From assembly GCA_965113315.1 (NCBI GenBank), contig OZ220363.1: a stretch of DNA of 64,000 nucleotides. One strand, given 5' to 3'. Within the stretch, counting starts at the first letter, position 1. The number at the start of each line of letters is the position of its first letter. Source of the DNA: Podarcis vaucheri. Lineage: Eukaryota. The position numbers and the translations under genes were made by a program. The notes beneath the pieces were generated by a model. It saw nothing but the letters and a program-made list of their open reading frames with translations. It searched no databases and was not told where the DNA came from. Of this stretch, positions 12,634-23,712 are shown piece after piece.

Positions 12634-13343
12634 TAGTTGAAATCCCACAAGTGAAATGTAGAGCCAGTACACATAGAGGGCCTTTCTTCCCAAGCATGGC
12701 AGAGATATTTGAAGCTCTTTTTGCACCAGGAAAATCCAGCACTAAAACAGTTTTTATGCTCTCTGTGCACTAGGTTTGGAATGCTCCTGTGAGATCTCGC
12801 AGGAACTTGGAAAAAGCACCCTGGGGCTTCTGGAGGCGGCACAAGGAGAGGGCCTTGCTGGGGAGCAAGCCAGAGAGCTGGGGAAACCCAGAGCAAAAAG
12901 AGCTCACTGCTTTGCTGGAGTGGGGCAAGGCCCTCTCTCTAAACATTTGTTCCAGATGCTCGAAAAGGGCCAGTTTCAAAGATTTGAGTATACGGGTTTC
13001 TGCGTATACAGGAAACCCTTGGAACCAAATCCCTGCATAAGATGCGACCTTACCATATTAAAAAAAATGGATATAAATGGAAACCTCACAATTTTATTTG
13101 ATTTATATACATGAAGTACTGTATACAGTGATCCATGTGTAATGGACTGAATTATTATATCCTTAATTTTGAGCCGCTGGTACTCTGTGGAATTTCTATT
13201 ACTTTTTTTTATTTGGATTACATTTAAAGTTCATTAAATGAATGAATATATTTAATGTATACCCTCCTCTAACTCTGTTTAGCAGGTGGTACAATCTGTA
13301 TTCTGTTAGTAGCCAAGAATCTTTATCCAATATAAGTCCCAAC

Positions 13344-13463
13344 CTTTATACTCTCCATTGAAACTCAGGTCATTCTCTCCATCTTCTAAAGAGGAAGTTC
13401 CCTTGGATGTTAGCAGCTGGAACACAAAAAAGATCTCCAAGAAGATATTCGGCACAAGGTTTT
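13344..13463 (-). CDS. CDAN1: Codanin-1 exon 5
   Basis: [22 protein letters not shown]...; donor AAAG/GTTGGG chosen because it keeps phase 1, so the 3' boundary is less certain. Confidence 0.8.
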
Positions 13464-13949
13464 CTGCAAAGAAAGTAAAGGAACAGAGAAAAACATGCAA
13501 AAGGACCTTTGATTTGTACTTGTACCCTGAATGATAGGATTAATCACATTAATTTCAAAACCTGAATTATATAAGATGCATTTTTAAAGAAGATAAAAAT
13601 ATCTACAACATAAAAAACATGATCTGGATGTAAGCAAAAAAAGTGCTTAAATACATAGGATTTTTTTAAAAAGGATATAGAATTCATTGCTTTCCTTTGT
13701 ACAACTCCCAAAACATTAAAATTATTTATCAGTGTTGGGAATTTTGTCAGAAATTCTATGAAAGGTCAAAAACTGCCATTTGTCATACAATAGGAAAATC
13801 CAAGCCATGATATATTTGCGAAGTCAAGGCTCATTGAAATTTTCATTACTACTAAAAAAAATTAATTTGAGGACATTTCTATGGGTTGCCATTCTTAGCA
13901 TCCTCCCAAATCAATATGGACTGAAAAGCATCCACTGCCATTTCTTCAC

Positions 13950-14143
13950 CTGCTATGCAAAATGAATAAAGTTGAGCCAGCTGTTCCAGCTGTTTCCTGT
14001 AGGAAACCTTGTTGACGTCAGCAGAGGTTACCAACTGGTTTTCAGAGGGAAGGCTTGCATTCTGACCGACATTAGGTTTCATTGGTATGCCAGAATCCAG
14101 AGATAATCCTGTTGGTGAAGATGTAGGATGCAGCAACTTGGAC
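13950..14143 (-). CDS. CDAN1: Codanin-1 exon 4
   Basis: SKLLHPTSSP...LEQLAQLYSFCIA; 194 nt, phase 2-1. Confidence 0.92.
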
Positions 14144-14492
14144 CTGCAATTCAAAGGTATGAAATAAGAGCGGTAAGAGAAGACTGAAAAACTCCTACTC
14201 TGTTGTAGTACCTAGTGGGATTCTTTCAAACGCTCACCAATTCATTAAGGAAGCAATTTCTTCATTGAAACATAAAATGTTTCACAAATGCAATTTGCAG
14301 CATGTTAAAACAGTTAAAGATCCATGGATCAAATTCTAATCTTAACACAGCACTTGTAAGATTGAAGGGTATCAAGAATTAAATCATATTGACATGTGAT
14401 TCTAGGAACATTGTTTGGCTTTAGCATAGGATTTCTGAGCTAGTGAACCATGTTGCTGCAGAATGTGACACAGAAAGCAACCATTTTTAATA

Positions 14493-14723
14493 CGGTGGTA
14501 CCTCAGGTTACAAACGCTTCAGGTTACAGACGCTTCAGGTTACAGACTCCACTAACCCAGAAATAGTACCTCGGGTTAAGAACTTTGCTTCAGGATGAGA
14601 ACAGAAATCATGTGGTGGCAGCGGGAGGCCCCATTAGCTAAAGTGGTGCTTCAGGTTAAGAACAGTTTCAGGTTAAGAACGGACCTCCAGAATGAATTAA
14701 GTTCTTAACCCGAGGTACCACTG
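14493..14723. mobile_element. TA-target MITE (TIR C(A/G)GTGGTACCTC), CAGGTTACA subterminal repeats
   Basis: TIRs with flanking TA; sister copy at 50151-50388. Confidence 0.85.
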
Positions 14724-14959
14724 TATTGAAATTACAGCCCCTAGAAATATTACTTGTTTGTTCATTCATTCTTTATACCACCTAGCTATGCAGTGTGCAA
14801 AAGCAAATCAATACAGAAAGCATAATAAAATGTGGCATGTTCACAAAAAGACAATATGGGCCATTCAGCTCTACCTCTCTAAGGCAATGTAAATCAACAT
14901 TTCTCACATCACAGATGCTTCCCTTCATTAAGCACCCCATCACAGATTTCATAACGTAC

Positions 14960-15181
14960 CGTTCCTTCTTCAGCATCTCTCTCTCCTCCTGAAGGCTACC
15001 CGAACTGGAAGACAGGGTCACTTCTTGAGATATAACAAGGGCCTCGGGACTTGTTCCGGACTGAGACTGAAAAGTTTGAGACTGGCCAACAGGAGTGGAA
15101 GTGAAGCACATCTTGGGCTTGGAGAAGGTTCGCTCAGCACTCACTGGAGTAGGGTTGATTCTCCTCGACGGTTTGGCTTTG
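14960..15181 (-). CDS. CDAN1: Codanin-1 exon 3 (contains the ASF1-binding B-domain-like SRRINPTP)
   Basis: [28 protein letters not shown]...[13 protein letters not shown]; 222 nt, phase 2-2. Confidence 0.93.
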
Positions 15182-16399
15182 CTGAAACGGGAAGTAAAAC
15201 TGGATCAAGAGGATGAAAACACAATATATTATCCCTCTGCTCCAATCACCTGTGCGGAAGCCAGCTGATGACACATACTACTGTGGTCCTAGATTCACTA
15301 ACCAAGGGCTCATCCAGACTTCCTTTTGTGCTGCATTTCCAGGCATAGGTCTAGGCTTTAAAGCTCCGTGGCCAAGCAGTGTTTTTTGTTTGATTATTTG
15401 TTTGTTCCAGCACTTTCCTCAGGAAAACCCAGGTTTTAGTGCTGAATCAAAGCAAGCAACAGTGGAGCTCTCCAGAGATTGTCGTTTGCTCCTATTCAGT
15501 GGTAAAATGCAGGTTTTCGCAGGGAAACCGCCTAGACAAAAAAAAAAAAAAAGCACTCAGACACAGAGCTTTAAAGCATAGAGAGGACAGCGCAAATGGA
15601 AGTCTGAAGTGAGAAATCAAAGTATAAAACATGTAGTTTTACTAAGAAATAGTTCTGCTCCTTGTCCAACAGCAGGTTTTTTAAAAAGAGAAGTTGCTAC
15701 CACAAGCTGCTATCTTTCAGCCACAATATCGCTAGATATTATCTAAGGTATTAAAATCTCACAGAATACCTTGGTCAGAGTTCAGGCTTAAGAGTAATCA
15801 AGCAAGCATATATCAACTTTAAGCATGCTTATTTGGAGCAAACCTAGCTTCAGCATCTCAAGGCAAGGGAGGAGACTTAAAACGATGGCATTTGGAAGGT
15901 GGCTGGCAAACAGAAGCCAAGGAGTGAAAAGGGGCATTCTAGGCCCCAGCCCTGGGAGGGAGGAGCACTAGGCTAGTGCTCCCCTCCAGAGCAAACCACT
16001 GAGACAGGAGCTGCCCACCCAGTGGGGTGGAACAACATCAAAAGCCTCCAAGCTGGGGTGTCACGGCTGCTTACTGGGAGGAGAGAGGCCTTGGCAAGGT
16101 CAGGGCTGTGCATCCCTGTGCACCAGTGGATGCTCAGGATTGGCTCCATTCGTGTGCCAGCACAGCCCTGAACTCATTGCCACCTCCTCCTCCAGAGCAA
16201 ACAGCAGCAATGTTGCTGCCGGGAGGCTTCCTGCTGTGGCTCTGTCCTCTGCCTACCTGGCAAGCTGCTCCTGCTCTGGGAGGGGCCATTTTTAGAAGTA
16301 GTACCTTCCTCCCATTTACTGATACAGAATAGTAAGCTGCAAAACTACTCTCGCCATAGATACCAGTGGGAATTGAGAAAGCTTCACATCAAGACTTAC

Positions 16400-17079
16400 T
16401 TTGCCATTCCAGCGGCACACATGAGCGGGAATTCCTCCAAGTCATTTAGGTTAAGCTGGTCAGGTGGGGAACTTGTACAGACAGGGCTCACTTCACCTTG
16501 TTTCCTCTGCCTCAATGAACCCAGTGATGGACTGTCACCTTTTACTTCTTCGTTCAAGCCTCTGCCCGCGTCTGGCCGGCCAGAGGCACTTGCAGAGCCG
16601 ATGCCTTTTCTTCTGCCCCTCCTCGCTGGGGTAGCAACAAGGAAACTCCCTAAACTTATTTTCTGAGCAGAGCGCCTCTCGTTGCGAGAAAAAATGGGGC
16701 TTGAACCAAAACTCGTGCTGCTGCCAGAATCCGTATTTAGGCATTCGCTGAAAGAACCCAATAAGCTTGATCCCGTAATGACAGAAGATCCATGCGATTC
16801 CAAGGCAGAATTGCCGGTGATGGGAGTTGAATCAAAGAAAAGCTGCCCTCGACTACTGCCAGACCCTGCGATGCTACGAGACCTCCTTTCAGACCCCAGC
16901 CTTTGATTCCTGTAACTAGGAGAACTTCCCAGGAGCTTGGAGTTTGGTGCTTTAGCAGGAGTAGGCGGCCCATTGGTCAGTATCCGACTAGTCTGTTCCC
17001 TTAAATAATTCAGCAAAAAAGGCACAAAGTCTTTCTGAAGCAAGTTCAGGAGGGATAGCTTGGGGTGGACTTGGTTTTC
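16400..17079 (-). CDS. CDAN1: Codanin-1 exon 2
   Basis: ENQVHPKLSLLNLLQKDFVPFLLNYLREQTSRILTNGPPTPAK...LEEFP; AG acceptor, GTAAGT donor, 680 nt, phase 0-2. Confidence 0.93.
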
Positions 17080-18129
17080 CTACACACACAAACATAACAA
17101 AACAAACCATGGTTAATATAAACTTGATTTAAAAAGAAATAGAGGGACAGCGGATATAAAGTAACTGATATTTTGCCATTTTTATAAGAATAAGGCAATT
17201 ATGAACATATAAAGCAAAGTGAACCAATCTGAAAAGACTAACTCCATTCAAAGGATATAAAACCAGGAAGCAAACATTCTTCACAACTGATTAAAGCAGG
17301 GAACTTATTTTTTCTCACACATGATTTACTACTGTATTTACTAAGTTTCACCATTGTTGTAGCCAGAGATTTTATGTAGTCATTTAGCTATATAAGGTAG
17401 ACACTCGTCCCTGAAGTTTGGAAATTTTAGTATGATCCTAAGCACATTTACCCAAAAGACCTAATAATGAATCAAATGGGATTACTCCCTAGGCTGTGGG
17501 ATTAGGAATGCAACTTTAATGCAGTACCATACTACTCAAAGTGGATGTTGATCCACAAAACATTGGCTGCCAGTCCAGTGACTCCACCACAGCCCGTGTT
17601 GGGTGCTACACTTCAGGGACCAAATATGGTACTGGGCCCTGGCACACTGGGGGAAAATTGGTAGTCCACATGAGATAGTTTTAGAGTAACAGTTGTAGTA
17701 CATTGCACAAAGTGAGAAATATCACTAAGCAGGAGGTACATTGCCCTCTAGTGTTCCTTAGCAAAATTACTTCCATGCTGAACTGGTGATAGAAGATATA
17801 CTGGCCTCATTTAGACATAATGTTGAATCACGATTTAGCATTACAAGAACCCTTGTAACTTATCCACCTACCATTCCAGCATGACTGAAAAAATGAGCTT
17901 GGAAACATTTATTTCCGATTGGAACTATTTGCATCTTGTCACATCAAGCAAATCTAAACAAACAGTTGTTCATCTCAACTATTGTTTGTTTAAAAAATGC
18001 CAACTTCAAAGCATAATTTGTTTCAACAAACCATAGTAAAGATTTGCAACTGTATAGGGTTTGAACAACACTCTCCCTATATGAACTGACCCAGACCCTG
18101 TGCTCATTATTGTGTGACTTCTCCAAGAA

Positions 18130-18290
18130 AGGTCTGGAGGGTGGCAACACGAGAACAGGCCTTTTCTGTGGTGGCTACCCACTTGTGGAATGCTCTCCCC
18201 AAGGAGACTCGCCTGGCACCCTCACAGCATATCCCTAGGCAGCAGGCAAAAACATTTCACTTCTCCCAGGCCTTTGGCTAATTAAGCAAC
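18130..18290 (+). mobile_element. L2 3' region fragment
   Basis: CAGGCCTTTTCTGTGGTGGCTACCCACTTGTGGAATGCTCTCCCC (RAFSVVA..LWNALP); similar pieces at ~40430-40760 and ~40850-41340. Confidence 0.7.
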
Positions 18291-19717
18291 CTACAGCCTT
18301 TTATACTGGGGAGTATTGTTTTTCTTTGTTATTATGTAATAAACAACAAGACTACAACGGAAACATAAGCTTCCAGTCTCCTCACAATGGAACAGGAGGT
18401 GGGGTGAGAACACATGAACCCAATATTCACTGTAGCTCATTTTTTCTAACACTATGCCATAACATTTAGCATTACCTCTGAACTCAACCACTGAACCATG
18501 ATTCTAGAAATTTTCATGCAATGCTTATTTTTTTTATCTTGTTCATACAATGTGACCATTAGGTGCAATAACTAGAGCTTTCCCTATCAACTACTGGTTA
18601 GCATCTTCGCTTTGTCAGGGGGAGTGTATTTTTCATTTAATTGGGCCAAGACAGAAGAACTGGCTAGTTCCCATCTTCCAGCCACACACCAAAGGCTGTG
18701 AGTGAGAACATTTTCACAAGTAACACAAAAAGTTTTAATCTGAAATTCATTGTTATGAATGCAGAGTACAGAAAACAGAAAAGCCACTTTGGAATCAGGT
18801 ATGCACAAGTTAGCATATGAAAACAAATACAAAAATATATTCAAACACTACTGACCCATTTCACACTAACAGGCTGTGGCATTCATCAGACATAAAATTA
18901 AGTGATTTAGACTTCAGTCCTATGCATGTTTAGATAGAAGCCCCAATGAACTAAAAGAAACTTATTTCTAAGTAGATCTACACAGAACTGGCCTGTTAAT
19001 CATCACCTAAGAATCCCTAGCCCTATACAAGATACTTAGAGGGAGGGAGGATATAGTATGTGGAATCTGTTGCTTTAGACAGCTTCCTGCGCACTCTGAA
19101 CCCTGGTCGCTCGTTTCCCAGACGGTTATCCAACACCGTGCTTCAGGTAGACCAAAGACTAAAACTTTTCGATGCCTGCTCTCCTGTGTACCAGTCCCCC
19201 CTCCACGACATTTAGTGCATCCAGACCGCTTTGAAAATTATAGTCGTTCACACATGTGCAGAAGAGAGGCGTCAATGTGATTTCGACTACGACTGAAATC
19301 CTGTGCACGGTTATTTGCAACTTCCAACGAATTCTGTAGGTCTTGTTTCTGAATCATTAAAGCTGCATATGGGAAGGACTCGTAAGGGCGCACAGCAACT
19401 CAGTCCCACCAACTCCACAGCAGGGTTCTCAGGTTCAGTGAAGGGCTCCCTCAGGGGGGCACATATATACACCTGGGCTCCCGAAAAGCTACCGCAAGAG
19501 CCCTTCAGGAGCTCACATAGCGCAGGCCTGAAGGCTGCAGCTTCCCACTTAGCATCCCGCCAGAGGAGAAAACCTCAAGTGGTCGACCTGTTTTTCCCCC
19601 CTCCCGCCTCCCTTTTGGAGCGCAGAGTTTTGAAGGCCGGCATCAACTCCGTTTTCCCGGAAACTTCCCGCTCGAACCGAGGGCTGGGTGAAGCAAGGGC
19701 GGCGCTGCGCGTTTTAC

Positions 19718-19813
19718 CTCCAAGGCGCAGGGGCTCTGGCTCGCCTTCAGCCACCGCACGACAGCGCTGGCTGCCACTTCGTCCTGCAGCAACAGCTCCA
19801 AAACAGCCGCCAT
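19718..19813 (-). CDS. CDAN1: Codanin-1 coding exon 1 (MAAVLELLLQDEVAASAVVRWLKASQSPCALE)
   Basis: Hand translation resembles the codanin-1 N-terminus (MAAVLESLL...AVVRW); 96 nt, donor GTAAAA, phase 0; lies in the CpG island. Confidence 0.92.
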
Positions 19814-20589
19814 GCCCACCTCTCTCCTCCTCTAGCACTACCGCGCGGGCGCCACCCCTCGACGCCGTCCCAAAAGCCGCCAAAAAGCCCTTAAAAAAAA
19901 GGAGCAGCGAAAAAAACCACACCACACACGGGGGGCGTGTTCTAATTCGCTTCTAACTCCGGGTTAGAGCGCAGCACGTGGAGGATGGGTGGGGAAAGAG
20001 AGAGGAGGCGCACTGATAGAACGCCAGGCGCGGGGGCCGCCAGGGAGAGCCAGCGCGCGCCCCACCCCGGACGCTCGCGGCCACCGCCGTCCCTCCCTCC
20101 CTCCCTCCCAGGGAAGGCGGGATTAGAGCAAGCGCCCGGGCAGCAAGAAGCGCGCCCGCGCGCGCGCCGGCCCTGCCCTGGATCCCTCAGAACCGCCAGT
20201 CTCTGGGAAAGTGGGCGTGGCTTCAGAACTCTCAGGCAGCAGCGCCCGCCGCCCGGCAAGGCTTCCCATTGGGAGGCGCGAATGCTTTAGTGGGCGGGGA
20301 TTGGCGCAAATGTAGGCAGGGCGGGCTGAGAGGAGGAGCCGCCGCCGAGGAGCAGCGGCACCAGCAGCGTTTCCTCTCCCCCCTCCCCTCCCGTGTCAAC
20401 AAGCGGGGCGCCTGCGCCGGGGGTTTGCGCGTCTTTTCCTCTCATGCGCGGTATTTGCTTCCCGAGTCGGGCCCGGGGTTTGGCCTAGAGCCGGCGGCGG
20501 GCAGAGGGCGCAGCGCGATCGGGCGCAGTGCTCCGGCCGCAGCGGCTCCCGCCGGGCGGGCGATCGATCGGTCGGTCCGCTGGCTCAGG

Positions 20590-21043
20590 ATGGCGGACGA
20601 CTCCCCGAAGCGGCGCAAGGCCAACTTCAACGAGGCGGAGACGGAGGTGCTGATCGAGCAGGTGCTGAAGCACGAGCAGGTGCTGTTCGCGGCGGGGCCC
20701 GGCCGGGCCTCCCCGGGGCAGAAGCGCAAAGTGTGGGAGCTGATCCGGCACAAGGTGAACCCGGTGGCCGCCTGCCCGCGCGAGGTGGAGGACCTGAAGA
20801 AGCGCTGGCGGGACCTCAAGCGCCGCGACCGGAGCAAGCTCTGCCGCGTCACCCAGGGGCCCGTCCCGCACCCGGCCTCGCTCGGCCTCCTCATGGCCGC
20901 CGAGGACATCTCGCCCCCCGACCACCTCCGATCCTATGCCCCGGGGATGGCCGCCGCCGCCGCCAGCGAGGCGCTGCCCATCGTCGGCGGCATCGACACG
21001 CTCGACTTGCCCGGAGCTGCCGCCGCTTCGGTGGCGGAGATCG
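20590..21043 (+). CDS. Myb/SANT-like (Myb_DNA-bind_5 / NAIF1-MSANTD type) DNA-binding protein, coding exon 1
   Basis: Strong Kozak context cAGGATGG; MADDSPKRRKANFNEAETEVLIEQVLKHEQVLF...KRKVWELIRHKVN...REVEDLKKRWRDLKRR fits the trihelix pattern RKxNF..E..L...W..I...VN...R....KKRW.DLK; donor G/GTGAGT, 454 nt, phase 1. Confidence 0.9.
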
Positions 21044-23059
21044 GTGAGTAGGGAAAAGAGGGAGGCGGGCAGCAGGGAGCCCCTTTCTCTGGTGCGATCC
21101 TGCCTTTCCCCCCGCGCAAGTCGGGGCTCCTTCTCTCACAGCTGGTGCCTTGTGTATGGGCTGCCCTTCTCACCCCACAAAACCTGGAAGCGGGGCGAGG
21201 GACCGCTTCCGTCCTCTACCCGCTACAGAGCTTTCCCTGCTGTGCCTTTTCTCTGTCCTCACAGCTTTTGGAACAGTTGCAGATGCTCAGGATCGCTCGC
21301 CATATCCCATCCCCGCTTTCCCCATTGACTGGGATTGCGCCATAAAAAGTATCAGAAAGCTTGCCTCGAGGATAGGTTTTTAGGGTCCAAGAGTCGACAA
21401 TTGGGCCTTTCTGTTGTGAAGGATGCTTTCACAACGGGACAAGCGAATTATATGCTAAAGTTAGTGAGTCACTTGTGAACATAAGTTATCTAACTCAGTC
21501 TCCTCTACGCTTAAAGGCAAGGGTGCTCTGTCTCGGATGTTTCACACTGGAGTCTTTTGTAGTACTACTCCAGAGATGCTGGGGACTGAACCTTATCTAT
21601 TTTTTGGCATATATTATATATTGCCCTTTTTACCTTTTGCATGCATACCATGTGCTCTGCAGTCACCCTTGTGTTTTAATGTCAATCTGGAGGAGAAGGT
21701 GGAAGCAAGTCCATTTTAATTCAGTCTCCACTCTAGCTGAAATAAACATTGCATTGTTTCAAAGGCCAGGAAACTAAAAAAGCAATTTGCATATTACTTA
21801 TGAAAAATAGACCTTCGGCCTATTAAGGTGCTTGCCTATTTGTTTTTCCAACTTTTCATTCCAAGCACAGTCATCTAATACTCTTCACTTTTTTGCAAAT
21901 GTTATTTGCTGTTAGGTACTCAGAACTTCAATCTATGGGTATGTCTACATGCAACATGTCTAGTTTGCAGCTTCAGTTCAGAATTTGAAATGCCTGCAGC
22001 AGTATACAAAACGAGGCAGCATTTTTCGCCACCTTCCCCGTTATAGATTATCAGTCATTTCTACTTAATCAATGTGATGACCAGCAAGGGGTATTGGATA
22101 GGTGCTGAGCATCTTTTGTCTGTCCGTCCCCCCCCCCACCCACATTTGTGTCCCACCTCTCCTCCCAACTGCTCAGGATAGCACACATAGGGTGGTCAGA
22201 TTTGAAATGATCTCACCAATTGTTGTCCTACTCTTTGTTTCCTACATGATGCTAGCAAGGCATTCCGCTCAAAAAGCTTCTTCATCCCATTAAGAGTTTT
22301 GTTTCTCTGACACAATTGTGCATATGTTTCTTTTTAAAAGATGAGGAACTGTCTAATAATAACTGGGTGCAATCTTAATCACAGACCAAGGCATGATACA
22401 TAATTTAGCTCAGGGATGGGGAACCTTTTTGACCCTATGGGCCAACTTTGACAGGTGGGTTGAACAATCTGTCAGTCACCTGACATAATGATGGCAGTTA
22501 TTGACAGGTGGGTTGTCCCACCCACCTGCAAAAATCTCTTGCATAAGGGTTCCAGAGTGCCCAGCAGCCTGCTGGTTGTCAGGTTCTTGGGAACGGCATC
22601 ACAAACAGCTTAGCAAGTACCAAACACAGAGCTGGCAAAGCTGCTTTCTGCAGGAATTGGCTATGAGATCAAGTGCCACATTGGAAAACATAGCTAGTGG
22701 TACCGTTGAATATCACTGTCTCTTTAAAAATTATTGGAAGTGGTTTTTAAGTCCTTGAGCAGAACAGATGTCTTGTGCAACTTTTCTTCCTCACTGCTGT
22801 TGAAAATTGGGGAGGGGGCTCCAGCACAGATGGGGGTGCAAGGGGCAAGAGCTATCGCAATGGCAGGTGTCACCTAATTAGCAGACACGTTTCATGTATA
22901 TCTTAATCACCAGGTGAAGCTAAACACTCAATAAAAACTCTGTTGTCTAGAGATAAATTTAGGCAACATTTTATGTGGTTATGATAGGCTGGTAGCCAGA
23001 AGCTGAATCCCCAAAGAGAGTGAAGCCTAACCTCTTTTCTCCCCCTCCTCTATTTTTAG

Positions 23060-23712
23060 GTTTTACAGATGATCCAGGCCCATCCCACCAGCCATGTGTG
23101 GAGAAGATGAATCTAAAAGAAGAAATAGTAGTCAAAGTCGTGGAGCCAGAAGAAAGTTCAGAGGACATGTCCGTAGTTCCTCCTAGCCAGGAGCCACTCC
23201 CTTTTTTGGGGTTGCCAAATGGAGGCCCCTGTGGAAAAGTAAAAGCCAAAACAAAAACTCAGCCGCAGATAGACCCCAGTGAAATTACAGAAGAGGAACT
23301 CCTGCAGATCCAACAGAACCAGCTCCACATCATCCAGTCTGGCTTTGACACAATCAACCACAATCTCCGGCTGCTGCAGCAAGGCATGCAAGATCTCAAC
23401 AACAGCCTCAGCATGGCAGCACACACTTTAGTGGCGATTAAAAATGTCTACGTGAAAAACAATGCTGGCCCAACCACCTTTGCTACGGTGGCTACTCAGA
23501 CCACCTCGGGGTACTTGAGCCCTGGGTCCCCACTGGTGGAGGACAGAGTCAGAGCACCAATGGCTGGAAGCAGTAGCAGAAGCAGCAGCAGCTGCAGCTC
23601 CAGCTCCATGTCGCAAGAGCCAGGCCCGTCAGAATTCCCCAGGCCCCCCCACAGAACCATTAAGAAGGAGCATCCCAATGGCTGCTACTATTTCTGTTTT
23701 GCAGATGTGTAA
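23060..23712 (+). CDS. Myb/SANT-like protein, coding exon 2 (coiled coil, Ser-rich tail, stop)
   Basis: Pyrimidine tract plus TTTTTAG acceptor whose phase matches exon 1; open frame to TAA at 23710-23712; joined CDS 1107 nt = 368 aa. Confidence 0.87.

Larger units (their letters stand above)
19560..21150. promoter_or_regulatory. CpG island / bidirectional promoter shared by CDAN1 (-) and the Myb/SANT-like gene (+)
   Basis: Very GC- and CpG-rich relative to the flanks; reverse CCAAT boxes (ATTGG ~20267, ~20300), GC box GGGCGGG ~20292, E2F-like GGCGCGAA ~20275 and TTGGCGC ~20301; divergent ATGs at 19813 and 20590. Confidence 0.85.

Noticed and set aside
20269-20589. 107-codon N-terminal extension of the 260-aa ORF in the track
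   Set aside because: It starts at TTG within GC-rich promoter/5' UTR sequence; the first in-frame ATG with a strong Kozak is 20590, directly before the domain
19303-21345. Many overlapping 65-217-aa ORFs on both strands
   Set aside because: Expected stop-codon scarcity in a CpG island and antisense shadows of the real exon; no recognisable domains
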